DNA of 64,000 nucleotides from Candidatus Latescibacterota bacterium (GTDB taxonomy: Bacteria > Latescibacterota > UBA2968): positions 3,808,001 through 3,872,000 of the forward strand of contig OZ244960.1 in the NCBI GenBank assembly GCA_965222605.1, in the 5' to 3' direction. Of this stretch, positions 27,570 through 38,173 are shown in pieces; within the stretch, counting starts at the first letter, position 1, and each line of letters starts with the position of its first letter. The position numbers and the translations under genes are program-made. The notes under the pieces are model-generated. The model made no database searches, was not told where the DNA came from, and worked only from the letters and a program-made list of their open reading frames with translations.

Positions 27570-28331
27570 ATGGGCGTTTTAACGGAAGCACAACGCGCGC
27601 AATACGAAAGAGATGGGTATCTTCTGGCGTCGGGTTTGATTCCCGAAGATGTGGCGGAACGAGCAGAAGCGGCGATGTGGTGGATTATGGGTATGACGCC
27701 AGGTGATCCAGAGACCTGGCATAGAAAACCCGAAGGTGTTGCTGATTTTCAGGCCGCGCGGGGATTGTCTGTGTTTAACGGTCTTCGCGATCGGGATTTG
27801 ATGGCCTGTGCAACGCCGCAGTATTTGAAAGCGACGGCTGAGTTGATCGGTGAAGATGACGTGCATCCGCCAGAAGCGGTTCACACACAGAATAAAGTTC
27901 CGGTCAATGGGGAATGGTCTTTGCCCAGGGCGCATGTTGATGGCATTCCCAAAGCACACATGCACGAGACGTTTCCCGGTCCTTATCGCATTGCGAGTCT
28001 GGTATTTTTGAGTGATGTGAAACACAAGGGGGGTGGGACGGCGGTTTTTCCCGGCTCGCATCGAAAGATCCGCGGACTTGCAGAGTCGGATCGAGAAAAG
28101 TACAGATACTTGTTTTATCTGAACCAGGATATTCCCAAGCTGGATTTGGGCGATCCGATTGAGTTGACACCAAAACGCGGGGATGTGTTGTTTTTTACTT
28201 ATTTGTTTGGGCACAATGGCACGGCAAATGTGGGTGGGCGTCCGCGCTGGATGATGCGGTATTTTTGCTCTTGCAAAGCGTGTCAGACCCGCTGGAAGAA
28301 GACGGAAGATTGGGGCCTGTGGTCCCCGTGA
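27570..28331 (+). CDS. PhyH family dioxygenase
   Basis: YERDGYLL, AHVD, PGSH, GDVLFF..LFGH. Confidence 0.82.
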   Translation: MGVLTEAQRAQYERDGYLLASGLIPEDVAERAEAAMWWIMGMTPGDPETWHRKPEGVADFQAARGLSVFNGLRDRDLMACATPQYLKATAELIGEDDVHPPEAVHTQNKVPVNGEWSLPRAHVDGIPKAHMHETFPGPYRIASLVFLSDVKHKGGGTAVFPGSHRKIRGLAESDREKYRYLFYLNQDIPKLDLGDPIELTPKRGDVLFFTYLFGHNGTANVGGRPRWMMRYFCSCKACQTRWKKTEDWGLWSP

Positions 28332-28341
28332 GGAGCGTGTG

Positions 28342-29118
28342 ATGGAACTGACAAAATCTCAGAAGTTGGAATTTTACAGAGAGGGATTTTTGAAAATTGA
28401 GGGCGCTGTGCCGCGCGTGATGGTGCAGGCGGCGCGTCAGGCGATTAATGCGGAGATTGGGAAGGGTACGAGGCATGCTTTTGCGGATGTTCGCGCGATG
28501 CCGGTGATTACGGATCTGTTTAACGAGACACCGGTATTTTCATTGCTCGAATCGGCATTGGGCAAGGGGAATTTGCAATGCCAGAGCAATGGTGCTGTGA
28601 AGCTGAATTATCCCGCGGGGGTTGGGACGCCGCAAAGAGATCCCCAACTTGCGACTGCGGGACCTCCGCTGCGAACGGGTGGTCATTTGGATGGGATTGC
28701 AAAGGCGCGCGATTTTTTGAGGGGAACGGTTGAAAAGAGCGGGTACAGTCGAGATTTTACGGCTTTTGCTGTGGTGTATCTGGACAATGTGCCCGCGTCG
28801 TATTGCGGCAATTTTACGGTTTGGCCAAAGTCACACCATGTGATGGAAGATGTTTTTCGCGAAAAAGGGCATGAGATTTTGTTGAATTATATGCCCGATG
28901 TGACGGTGCCCGATGGTCCGGTGCAGTTGACCGGCGAGCCTGGCGATCTCATTCTGGCGCATCACCAGATTATTCACACGGCGGCGATCAATGCGTGTCC
29001 AGATATCCGATATGCCGTGATTTTCAGGGCGAGGCATGTCGATATCGGAAAGAACGGCAAGGATGTGTTTATGGATATTTGGCGAGAGTGGGATGGGATC
29101 AGAGCGGAAATCGAATAA
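28342..29118 (+). CDS. PhyH family dioxygenase
   Basis: FYREGFL, GHLD, WPKSH, PGDLILAHHQIIH. Confidence 0.82.
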   Translation: MELTKSQKLEFYREGFLKIEGAVPRVMVQAARQAINAEIGKGTRHAFADVRAMPVITDLFNETPVFSLLESALGKGNLQCQSNGAVKLNYPAGVGTPQRDPQLATAGPPLRTGGHLDGIAKARDFLRGTVEKSGYSRDFTAFAVVYLDNVPASYCGNFTVWPKSHHVMEDVFREKGHEILLNYMPDVTVPDGPVQLTGEPGDLILAHHQIIHTAAINACPDIRYAVIFRARHVDIGKNGKDVFMDIWREWDGIRAEIE

Positions 29119-29130
29119 CGGGAGTGTGAG

Positions 29131-29919
29131 ATGGATTTGGGATTAAAAGGAAAAAGGGCGGTTGTTACGGGTGGTAGTCAGGGGATTGGGCGATGTTGCG
29201 CTCTGGCATTGGCGCGGGAGGGGGCGCAGGTTTGTATTGCGGCGCGTACGCGGGAGACGTTGGATGCGGTGGTTGCTGAGATCAATGCAGCAGGTGGGAA
29301 AGGGCATGCGGTTGCGGTTGATTTGACGCGAGAAGAAAATTGTGAGGTGGTGGTCAATGAGGCCATAGGCGCGTTTGGAGGGGTGGATGTGCTGGTCAAT
29401 AATGTGGGGGCTGCGCGCAATGCCGATATTTTGGATTTGGATGTGGTGCAGATTAGCGAGGCGTTGCAGTTGAAGAGTTATAGTTATTTGCAGATGGCGC
29501 AGTTGGTGATTCCGCTGATGCGGGAAAATGGATGGGGGCGTATTGTCAATATCGCGGGTGGCGCGGGCACGAGTCCCACGCGAAGCAATATTCCGACGGG
29601 GGCGGCCAATGCGATCATTTTGAATATGACGCGTGCGCTGTCCGATGCGGTGTCTGGCGATGGTATCCTGGTGAATGCGGTTTGCCCGGGGTTGACCAAT
29701 ACGCCTCGCGCTCGTTCGCAACAAAAGGCGCGGGCAGACCGCGAGGGGCGAGATGTCGAGGCGGTGCTTAAAGATCTGGGTACAGAATTGCCCGCCGGGC
29801 GCATGGCCGAGCCTGAAGAGATCGCAAATGTCGTTACTTTTTTGGCGTCTGAGGCGTGTTCTTATGTGTTTGGCAGTTCGATTTATATGGATGGCGGTGG
29901 GAGAAGAGGGACGCCGTAG
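29131..29919 (+). CDS. Short-chain dehydrogenase/reductase (SDR)
   Basis: VTGGSQGIG, LVNNVG, VNAVCPG, DGG; the YxxxK motif is not canonical. Confidence 0.88.
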   Translation: MDLGLKGKRAVVTGGSQGIGRCCALALAREGAQVCIAARTRETLDAVVAEINAAGGKGHAVAVDLTREENCEVVVNEAIGAFGGVDVLVNNVGAARNADILDLDVVQISEALQLKSYSYLQMAQLVIPLMRENGWGRIVNIAGGAGTSPTRSNIPTGAANAIILNMTRALSDAVSGDGILVNAVCPGLTNTPRARSQQKARADREGRDVEAVLKDLGTELPAGRMAEPEEIANVVTFLASEACSYVFGSSIYMDGGGRRGTP

Positions 29920-29980
29920 AAGCCTATCGGAAAGGTCTCATTATTTAAGTTTCAAACAGATGTATTGATCTGATTTCTAT

Positions 29981-30005
29981 AAATCCGCTTTGCGGATTTT
30001 TTTTT
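29981..30005 (+). terminator. Intrinsic terminator
   Basis: AAATCCGC-ttt-GCGGATTT followed by a T-run. Confidence 0.65.
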
Positions 30006-30085
30006 GTCCAAAAGAAAACCGGATGGTTCTGGGGTGTGTCTATATAGGTGAGGGGTGAGATTTGGGGACCATTCGGAGGACACAG

Positions 30086-33000
30086 ATGGTTGAGAAAAAG
30101 GATAAAAGAACATCGCTTTTGCCCAGGATTTCGGTGACGAGGCCGGTTACGGTGACGATGTGTTTGGTGGGGTTGATGGTGATTGGGTTGGTGGCTTATT
30201 GGCGCATTCCCATTCAGGCATGGGCGTCGGGCAATGACTGGAATCGGTTTTGGGTGGATGTGGCGCAGGAGAATGCGTCGATTCAAGAGCGATTTAATAC
30301 CATTGCACTGCCGATGGAACGGCATATGCGTACGGTGAGAGAACTCAGCGATATTTACGCATTTGCCGGCGATCCATGGGCCGGGGTAGAGTTGAAATTT
30401 CACCGCGGTACGGATATGCGAGAGGCGTATGTTCGGGTGGCAGACCGACTTGAGCACGCCAGGCTCGATTTGCCCGAGGAGGTGCGCGATCGGATCAAGG
30501 TGTATTCGTGGAATCAGGAAACCGATTCCGAGGTGATCTGGACGGGGTTGTCCATTCCGGAGGATATTGTCAATAAGGAGCAATGGGTCCAAACCCATGT
30601 TCTCGATCCAATTGAGCGGATTGATGGGGTGGCGAAAACCAGTGTGTGGGGGTTTGAGAATAAGGAAGTTTTGATTCTGGTAGATCAAGAGCGGTTGCGT
30701 ACGCATGGTATTGAAACCTATGAGCTTGTGGCGTCGTTGCAGCAGGACAATTTTTCTTTATCTGGCGGTCATGTGCAGGAGGGAGGTAAGCGGTTTTACG
30801 TGCGATCCCTGGCGCATTATCAAAGTCTGAAGGAGATTGAGGATATTGTTGTTCAGAGTCGTTATAGCAGTACGCAGGTGCGCCTCAGGGATGTGGCCGA
30901 TGTGGTGTATGCTGCGCCGCCGCGAGACCGGGTGTGGCGCGTGGATGGGCAGCGCAATCTGGGCCTGGATGTATATAAGGAGTCGGGTGAGAATATTGTC
31001 GATTTGTGCAAGCGCATTGTGGTCAAGATGGAGGAGATTGAGGCCAATACGCCTGCGGTGTTTCGCCTGTTTTACAGCGAGGGCAAGCTGATAGAAGATT
31101 CGATGGACAATTTGAAAGTCACGGGACTTTGGGGCGGGTTGTTTGCGGCGCTGGTGTTGTTGTTTTTTCTACGCGCTTTGCGTATGACGGCGCTGATTAC
31201 GCTGTCCATTCCGCTGTGTGTAATGATGACGATTACCGTGCTCTATTTTATGGGGTGGTCGCTCAATTTGTTGACAATGATGGGGTTGATGGTAGGGGTG
31301 GGCATGGTGGTGGATAATGCGATTGTGATTGTGGAGAATATTTATCGCTTGCGGGCAGAGGGTGAAGATCCGCGCGGTGCATCTATCCACGGGGCCAGCG
31401 AGGTGGGGCTGGCGATTACGATGGCGACATTGACCACTGTGGTGGTTTTTTTGCCGATGATGCTGATGAATGACAGCTTTGATATGAAGTTTTTGCTGTC
31501 GAAAATTGGGATGCCCGTGGTGTTTGCGCTGGTGGCGTCTTTGTTTGTGGCGCTGTTGTTTATTCCCCTGGCTGCACAGCGGTTTGGCGATGTGGTGGTG
31601 AGGTCAGATCCAAAGTCCATCGCTTTTGTCCGCCGCATTTATCGGCGCGGGTTGAACTGGGTTATTCACCATCGGCGGGATGCGTTTCTCATGGTGCTGG
31701 TTTTGTTTGCCACCATTTATTTTCCAATGGAGAACGTGAAGAAGACCGATAAGATGCGTTTTTCTTCTAATCGCGTGACCATTCGCATGTATGGTCCCAA
31801 TAATTTTTCGCTGGAAGAGATGGATAAAATTGCGAGCGATCTGGAAGTATATGTGAATGAGCAGCGGGATAGGTATAAGATCAAAAATGTTATGACGTAT
31901 TTTCGGCGCGGGTATATCAATTTGCGAATGAATCTCGAGGAAGATCCCCATCAAGAGTGGTGGTATGCTGTGTATCGCTGGGCGCATGGGGTGATCGGCT
32001 TTCCCATTGAGCAGTGGATGACGCGACAAGAGATCATTGACGAGTTGAATAAGGAGGTGCCGCGCTATGTGGGGTTTCGGGTGTCGGTGGAATCTCGCAA
32101 TTCGGGCGGGCGAGATCCTTATGTAAGTGTGTATTTGTACGGTCCTGATTTTGAAAAATTAGAAGATATGCTGGGGGAAGTGGAGCGGCGGTTGCAGCAA
32201 ATTCCATCGGTGACGAGTTTGCAAAGCGATCTGGAGTTTGGCAAAGACGAGATCCGCATTCGCGTGAACCGCGCACAGGCCAAAAAGCACGGTATTCCGG
32301 CAGAGCGGATCAGCCGCACACTGGCATATCAACTGCGCGGTGCAACATTGCCGCGGTTTCAGACGGATGATCACGAAGTGAATGTGCAACTGATTTTGGA
32401 TGAATCCGACCGGCAATCGCTGGTGCAGTTGAAAAATTTTATGTTTGTGACCGATACAGGTGAAAAGTTGCCGTTGTCGAGTTTTGCAACTTTTGAAATA
32501 ACCAAAGGTCCAGGCCATATTTTCAGGCATAATGGTCGCAACCGGTTGCGCGTGCGCGTTTATACGACCAAGGCCGATGTGGAAGGATTGTATCAGGAGG
32601 TTGATCGGGTGATGGATGGGTTCACGCTGCCGAGGGGGTATGAGTGGAACAAGGGCGAGCGGTATTCGCTTTACAGCAGGGAAAGCCAGGCGATGACATT
32701 TGCCGTGATTATGGCGGTCGTGTTTGTGTTTTTGCTGATGGGGGTGTTGTTTGAGTCGGTTATTTTGCCCTTTGCTGTGATTTTTTCGATTCCGTTTTCT
32801 TTTCTGGGGGTGTACTGGGGATTGTGGTTGACGGGTACGACGATGGATTTTATGTCGAATGTGGGGGCAATTGTGCTGATTGGCGTGGTGGTCAACAACG
32901 CGATTGTGCTGGTCGATATGATCAATCGGTTGCGCCAGGCGGGTATGGATCGCGTGGCGGCAATTATGGCGGCGGGTCACAATCGCTTTCGTCCCATTTT

Positions 33001-33256
33001 GATGACGACCTGCACAACGGTGTTCGGTTTGTTTCCCATGGCGATTGGCAGCAGTACGATGATGGGGATGCCCTACGCGCCGCTGGGTATTACGATGATG
33101 GGCGGGTTGATTGTGTCAACGGCGTTGACGCTGTTTGTGATTCCGCTGTTTTACGTTTTGTTAGATGATTTGCGCGGGTCATTGAAGCGGATTGCTGCGG
33201 TGAGTTTTCAGAGGTCAGAGCCGTGGGTGGATGATCCCGCGCAGGCGGCGGATTAA
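30086..33256 (+). CDS. RND efflux transporter permease (AcrB/AcrD/AcrF family)
   Basis: ~1056 aa; SVTRPVTV, GMVVDNAIVIVENI, GVVVNNAIVLVD, RFRPILMTT. Confidence 0.92.
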   Translation: MVEKKDKRTSLLPRISVTRPVTVTMCLVGLMVIGLVAYWRIPIQAWASGNDWNRFWVDVAQENASIQERFNTIALPMERHMRTVRELSDIYAFAGDPWAGVELKFHRGTDMREAYVRVADRLEHARLDLPEEVRDRIKVYSWNQETDSEVIWTGLSIPEDIVNKEQWVQTHVLDPIERIDGVAKTSVWGFENKEVLILVDQERLRTHGIETYELVASLQQDNFSLSGGHVQEGGKRFYVRSLAHYQSLKEIEDIVVQSRYSSTQVRLRDVADVVYAAPPRDRVWRVDGQRNLGLDVYKESGENIVDLCKRIVVKMEEIEANTPAVFRLFYSEGKLIEDSMDNLKVTGLWGGLFAALVLLFFLRALRMTALITLSIPLCVMMTITVLYFMGWSLNLLTMMGLMVGVGMVVDNAIVIVENIYRLRAEGEDPRGASIHGASEVGLAITMATLTTVVVFLPMMLMNDSFDMKFLLSKIGMPVVFALVASLFVALLFIPLAAQRFGDVVVRSDPKSIAFVRRIYRRGLNWVIHHRRDAFLMVLVLFATIYFPMENVKKTDKMRFSSNRVTIRMYGPNNFSLEEMDKIASDLEVYVNEQRDRYKIKNVMTYFRRGYINLRMNLEEDPHQEWWYAVYRWAHGVIGFPIEQWMTRQEIIDELNKEVPRYVGFRVSVESRNSGGRDPYVSVYLYGPDFEKLEDMLGEVERRLQQIPSVTSLQSDLEFGKDEIRIRVNRAQAKKHGIPAERISRTLAYQLRGATLPRFQTDDHEVNVQLILDESDRQSLVQLKNFMFVTDTGEKLPLSSFATFEITKGPGHIFRHNGRNRLRVRVYTTKADVEGLYQEVDRVMDGFTLPRGYEWNKGERYSLYSRESQAMTFAVIMAVVFVFLLMGVLFESVILPFAVIFSIPFSFLGVYWGLWLTGTTMDFMSNVGAIVLIGVVVNNAIVLVDMINRLRQAGMDRVAAIMAAGHNRFRPILMTTCTTVFGLFPMAIGSSTMMGMPYAPLGITMMGGLIVSTALTLFVIPLFYVLLDDLRGSLKRIAAVSFQRSEPWVDDPAQAAD

Positions 33257-33279
33257 AATATTGCGGCGGGTTATAGAAT

Positions 33280-33323
33280 CACAAACAGAGGGCTGTGCTA
33301 TTTTGCGCGGCTCTCTGTTTGTG
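33280..33323. terminator. Hairpin between convergent genes (bidirectional terminator)
   Basis: CACAAACAGAGGGCTGTGC...GCGCGGCTCTCTGTTTGTG long imperfect stem. Confidence 0.55.
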
Positions 33324-33340
33324 TATGCGATGGGAGGGGT

Positions 33341-34645
33341 CTAATTTACAGGGTCGGGAGGCGTATTGGGGTTGTTTAACCGCTCCTGGTCGGCATAGGG
33401 ATAGAAATTTCGATTTCGCTCAAAGGGATCGGATGAGGGGCCGGGTTGACCGAGGCGCCGGCTGTCTTCCCATCCAGTACCGTTCAGGAATAATTCCGCT
33501 CTGCGCTGCCGAAAAATTTCTTCTATCACGGCATCGACGGTTTGTGGACCGCTGTAGGGTGGCAGCGATGCCCCAATGCCAAAGGGATCTTGATCGGGTG
33601 TTTTTGTTCGAATAGCGTCTATTTCAGCGATTGCACCTGTGATATCTCCCACCATTGCGTTTGTCTCTGCCCTCGTCAGGGCCATTTCGCCGGGCAAATA
33701 TGCCGGAATAGGCGACGTGGCCGTGTTCCAAAAGCCGGATAGAGTTTCAATCTGAAAGGCATTGGGATTGCTCATGCGGTCATTTGGCATCATATAAAAT
33801 GCCAGTCTGGTATCGCCGCTGTCTGTGACCAGCGTTCCGAAATTGTCTCTTGGGGCATAATCATCCAGAACAAAAACCTGGGTGTAGATGGGGTTCTGAT
33901 TTTCGGCGTCATAAGTATAGACAGAAGTTGCCCCGGGATCGACGGTATTGGCGGCTCCAAGTGCGGCTTGATAATTTCCTGCGAACAGGTTATAGCGCGC
34001 CCGATAAGCGTGTATCGTGTTTAGGAGATCGAATCCTCGCCCCAGGATATCTGCGTTGAATTGAGCAGATGGCGGCGTAGCCTCGATGGTTTGGAGCGCG
34101 TTGTCCAACAATCGAATCGCTTCGGCAAATACCTCAGACCGCGAGATGAAAGGGGCTTGTCCATCGGCCTGTATATCTGTTGGTGCGCGTTCAAAAGCCT
34201 GTGCGATGAATCCCAGGCACATCGCTTTGTAAAGTTGAGATAGTGCGACAATGCCGCTGCGCGTACCTTCTGCGAGTGGCACATTGGGCGCGTTGTCGAT
34301 CAGGTCATTGGCTATTCCAATGATGCGATATGAGTCGAACCAAATCGCGCTGACACCGCTGTTCGCGCCAGACAAAAAGCTGAGGCCATCTTCTAATTGT
34401 ATAAGGTTGGAAAATGTCGTGTTTGCCGCAAATTCGCGGCTTGTAATTGCCGGATGACGCACATAGGCATCGACATTCTGGCTCGCGTAATCTCGTTGCA
34501 TGCCAATGGCGAGTGCGATGATGCCGTCACTGGTGCTTAAAACGCGCTCTTCCACAGCCTGGTTTGGATTTGATATGTTCAAATCGCAACCTTGTGTGAA
34601 AAAGAGCAGCAATGCCGAGAGAATACACAGGCGACTCGATTTCAT
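33341..34645 (-). CDS. RagB/SusD family outer-membrane lipoprotein
   Basis: Lipobox TQG-C, NPN, EMALTRAE, RRAELFLNG..WEDSRR; directly downstream of the SusC-like gene. Confidence 0.85.
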   Translation of the reverse strand: MKSSRLCILSALLLFFTQGCDLNISNPNQAVEERVLSTSDGIIALAIGMQRDYASQNVDAYVRHPAITSREFAANTTFSNLIQLEDGLSFLSGANSGVSAIWFDSYRIIGIANDLIDNAPNVPLAEGTRSGIVALSQLYKAMCLGFIAQAFERAPTDIQADGQAPFISRSEVFAEAIRLLDNALQTIEATPPSAQFNADILGRGFDLLNTIHAYRARYNLFAGNYQAALGAANTVDPGATSVYTYDAENQNPIYTQVFVLDDYAPRDNFGTLVTDSGDTRLAFYMMPNDRMSNPNAFQIETLSGFWNTATSPIPAYLPGEMALTRAETNAMVGDITGAIAEIDAIRTKTPDQDPFGIGASLPPYSGPQTVDAVIEEIFRQRRAELFLNGTGWEDSRRLGQPGPSSDPFERNRNFYPYADQERLNNPNTPPDPVN

Positions 34646-34661
34646 ATTCTTTTTTCTCCGA

Positions 34662-37574
34662 TTAGTGGTTCAAGCTTATACGAAATGCAATACTGCGCGG
34701 GATAGGCACTTCTACGAAGTCAAATCCGCGGACTGCGGTACGCTGTCCGGCGATGTTGGTTTCCGGATCATAACCGCTGTAGTTGTCTATGGAAAACAAA
34801 TTGCGGGCAATCAGGCTCAATTGAATGCTGCTCAATCCCGAAAGTTGGGGCTGCCAGCGATAAGACGCGGACAGTTCGCGCAATTTTACAAAGGATCCAT
34901 CTTCGATCCAGTGTTCAAAAATTCGGAAGACCCGCGAATTATAGCCAGCGGGGAGTTCGCCATTTAATTCTCGTTCGTAGTCTGTTAAAACGCCGAATGC
35001 GCTCAATGCGGCCAGGCGTCTGGTAAAATTGAACACATCGCCACCTATGATGGCGTCCCATTGCGCGCGAAATGACCAGTTTTGCCCCACTTCGATCTGA
35101 TTGATCAATGAAGCGGTAAAGTCCGGGTTGGGATCTCCAATAATTTTGCGATCGGCCGCTTGAATCGGGAGATTGTTTTCATCGCGTGCGATATTGCCCT
35201 GGGCATCGCGTTCAAAAGCCGTACTGAAGAAAACCCCAAGGGGTTCGCCGTTGGTGGCCGAGACCTGGGAAAACGAATTTGGGATGATCAATCGCCCGCC
35301 CTCAATGCCATTGACTTTGTTTTTATTGGTCGAATACGTGAAGGTCGATTCCCAGCGGAGATTGGGGCGTGCAAGTGGAATCGCGCGCACGAGGAGTTCC
35401 AACCCGGTATTGTCCATGGTACCGACATTTTGCAAGGCCCGCGAATGACCTGTGGAGGGGGATAATGTGCGGAACAGCAACAAGTCGTCGATGTGTTGAT
35501 CGTAATAGGTCAGTTCTACGCCCAGGCGATTGGACAGGAGGCTAAAGTCTGCACCTACTTCAACTTCCCTCTGTCTTTCGGGTTTGATCGTTCCGCCGAG
35601 TTGCGTGCTGGGCACCAGGCCGGGGTTGCCGTCATAAGAAGATGCATTGTAATTGGTCAAGCGGTCATACGGTCCAATAGCTGTTTGACCCCCTGAAGTG
35701 CCTATGGAGGCTCGCAATTTGAAGTCTGGAAAGATGTTTTGAAGTGCGCCATTTTGCCAGAAGCCCGCATCTGAAATGAGGTAGGAGGTACTGGCTTTTG
35801 GATAAAATTGCCAGCGATTATCCACGTCATAGACCGAGGAGGCGTCGATGCGGGCAGCACCTGTGATAAAAAGACGATTGGCGATCCCGAAGGTTTGCTG
35901 GATAAATCCGCCATAAATGGTCTTTTTGCTTCTAAATTCGCCTGCGACGACGTTTGCACCGCTCGATACGACTCTTGAAACGGGACTCAGATCTTTGGCT
36001 TCTGCGCTGAAGTTTTCCCCTTTTTCGTATTGTAGGGTTCCGCCAATTCGCGTGGTCGATTGCACCTGAGGGAATATGTGCCGCTGGTATCTGAGGTTGA
36101 TGTCGTTGTTGAGTTGCAAAAAATCGAATACGGCTCTTCGAGAAAAGCCATTTGTCAGACCCGGCGCAGAGGTGCCGGCGGGTATAAATGCGATGGCCGT
36201 CTGGTCGTAGGCATCGACGCCCAATGTATAGTCGATGCTCAATCCAGATAGTGGGGTTGCATTTAGCTGTGCGTTTCCAATATAGCGCGTGATTTCTTGT
36301 GTGAAATCATATTGATCAATGACTTCTAAGGGATTGGCGAGAACGCCGTCGCTCGGATAAACACCGGTCGCGGGGTCGGGTGTGAGATTATAGGTATTGG
36401 GGCCAAAAATAAAACCTGTCAGCGCGCCGTAGTTCGAATTTAACCCGCCGTTGGGTATGTCATTGCTTTTGCTAAATACGAAATTTCCGCCTACAGACAA
36501 GGTTGCCCAGTTCGACAACTCCTGGTCGATGCGCGTTCGGCCACTGATCCGCCGAAACAATGTGTTTTCAACCACGCCTTGATCGGCGAGATAGGATCCA
36601 GAGGCAAAATAACGGGTATTCCCAGACCCTCCCGAAACCGATGCATAGTGCTCCATTCCCGTGGCGCGTCTAAAGATGAAGTCCTGATGGTCAAAGCGTT
36701 GCACATCGGAGCCATCGGAATTTTTGTTTCCCCTATTGTCAACGGTTGCCCGATTTACAGGCAGTGTTTTGCGTATTTTTGACGTTGAAAGACCATAAGT
36801 ATAGGTTATGCGAGGCTTGCCCTGTGCGCCGCGTTTTGTAAATATTTGCACGACACCGTTGTTTGCACGCGATCCGTAAAGGGCTGCTGCTGCTGCGCCT
36901 TTTACGATTTCAATGCGTTCTACATCGTTTAGATTGAGATCGATGAGTCGGTTTTGCGCCCCGCCGCCAAGTCGGATGAGTTCGGGGGAATCGTTGTTCA
37001 CAATGACACCATCCACCAAATAGAGGGGGTCGGCATCGCCCAGGACGGTACTGGTTCCGCGCAAGCGGATGGTTACTCCGCCAGCTGGATTGCCCGAATT
37101 TTGCTGAATGAGAGCACCGGCTAATTTACCGGTCAACGCTTTGTCGAGGGATGTGGCGCCAGTCGATTCCAATTGGCGAATGTTCAGGGTGGATATGGCA
37201 TTTCCCAGTTGCTTTTTGCTGGCTGCTACGGAAAGGCCGGTGACGACGATTTCATCGAATTGCAAGGCATCTATGCTAAGTTGAAAAGAGACTTCCGCAA
37301 GTCCGTTGTTTTGACGAATGGTTTGTCTGGCGGATTTGTAACCGACAAAACGCGCTTCGATAGTGGTTTCCGCTTCTGGCTCTGGCAAATATAGCGCGAA
37401 ATTGCCCTGAGCATCCGTGCTGGTACCAGCTGTTGTTCCAACGATAACGATATTGGCACTGGGCAGGCCCTCGCCTCGCTCGTCGGTGACTGTGCCTTTA
37501 ATGGTCAGTTGGGCAAAGGCCGAAATGGGGATGCTGAGAAAGAGACAAGCGGCAAAAAATAATCGAGATAACAT
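34662..37574 (-). CDS. SusC/RagA family TonB-dependent transporter
   Basis: N-terminal carboxypeptidase-like domain, DEIVVTG, PLYLVDG, IEIVKGAAAAALYGSRANNGVVQIFTKRG, IEDGSFVKLRE, YSGYDPE. Confidence 0.93.
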   Translation of the reverse strand: MLSRLFFAACLFLSIPISAFAQLTIKGTVTDERGEGLPSANIVIVGTTAGTSTDAQGNFALYLPEPEAETTIEARFVGYKSARQTIRQNNGLAEVSFQLSIDALQFDEIVVTGLSVAASKKQLGNAISTLNIRQLESTGATSLDKALTGKLAGALIQQNSGNPAGGVTIRLRGTSTVLGDADPLYLVDGVIVNNDSPELIRLGGGAQNRLIDLNLNDVERIEIVKGAAAAALYGSRANNGVVQIFTKRGAQGKPRITYTYGLSTSKIRKTLPVNRATVDNRGNKNSDGSDVQRFDHQDFIFRRATGMEHYASVSGGSGNTRYFASGSYLADQGVVENTLFRRISGRTRIDQELSNWATLSVGGNFVFSKSNDIPNGGLNSNYGALTGFIFGPNTYNLTPDPATGVYPSDGVLANPLEVIDQYDFTQEITRYIGNAQLNATPLSGLSIDYTLGVDAYDQTAIAFIPAGTSAPGLTNGFSRRAVFDFLQLNNDINLRYQRHIFPQVQSTTRIGGTLQYEKGENFSAEAKDLSPVSRVVSSGANVVAGEFRSKKTIYGGFIQQTFGIANRLFITGAARIDASSVYDVDNRWQFYPKASTSYLISDAGFWQNGALQNIFPDFKLRASIGTSGGQTAIGPYDRLTNYNASSYDGNPGLVPSTQLGGTIKPERQREVEVGADFSLLSNRLGVELTYYDQHIDDLLLFRTLSPSTGHSRALQNVGTMDNTGLELLVRAIPLARPNLRWESTFTYSTNKNKVNGIEGGRLIIPNSFSQVSATNGEPLGVFFSTAFERDAQGNIARDENNLPIQAADRKIIGDPNPDFTASLINQIEVGQNWSFRAQWDAIIGGDVFNFTRRLAALSAFGVLTDYERELNGELPAGYNSRVFRIFEHWIEDGSFVKLRELSASYRWQPQLSGLSSIQLSLIARNLFSIDNYSGYDPETNIAGQRTAVRGFDFVEVPIPRSIAFRISLNH

Positions 37575-37703
37575 GTATATTTCTCCTTATATTTAAGCAA
37601 AATGTAGCCGATTATTGAGCGGTTGTCATGGTGTTTTTTAGAATTGCTCAATGTTGTTATTTTGGGAAATTTGGAGAATATCACAAAAGGAGGATAAGGT
37701 ACC

Positions 37704-37875
37704 ATGAGTGAGTCGAGTGATCCGAGATATACGATGGGACGCAGTGAGGGAGAGACGGAGCGTTTGATTCAGCAGTCACAACTTTACGAGGCTGTGACGC
37801 GGCATTTTTTTCAGGTCGAAACGCCCGCTTCTCTTGCCACCGCATGTAACTGCGTGGGCACGGCTTGAGGCATAG
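37704..37875 (+). pseudogene. Internally deleted class I SAM-dependent methyltransferase (N- and C-terminal stubs only)
   Basis: AGGAGG RBS; YTMGRSEGETERLIQQSQLYE..TR is a methyltransferase-type N-terminus. Another frame gives LLLPPHVTAWARLEA*, resembling the C-terminus. No GxGxG core. Confidence 0.55.
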
Positions 37876-37917
37876 GGGTTATTAATACTGTTCCTAATTT
37901 TATGTCAGGAGGTTGTT

Positions 37918-38150
37918 GTGTTGCGAGGTTTTTGCCATGTGATTGTGGTGGTGCTCGGTGTAGGGCTGATGTGGGGCTGTGGTGGCGAGCGGGTGATGCA
38001 GTCGCAGATGGTAGAGGCAGAGGAGCAAGTTGGACGACCGCTGAGTAAGTTGGCTGTGCAGACGGATGCGTCGCAGGCTGTGGTGGTGGCGACTGTGCTT
38101 CGGGATGGTGCACCTGTAATTGGTGCGAAGGTGGCGTTTTCGCGTTCTAT
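37918..38150 (+). pseudogene. Truncated lipoprotein gene (N-terminal fragment)
   Basis: GGAGG RBS, lipoprotein signal (LMWG-C), ends ..GAKVAFSRSI then runs out of frame into pyrE. Confidence 0.4.
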
Positions 38151-38173
38151 AAATGAAACACTGGGGGACCACT

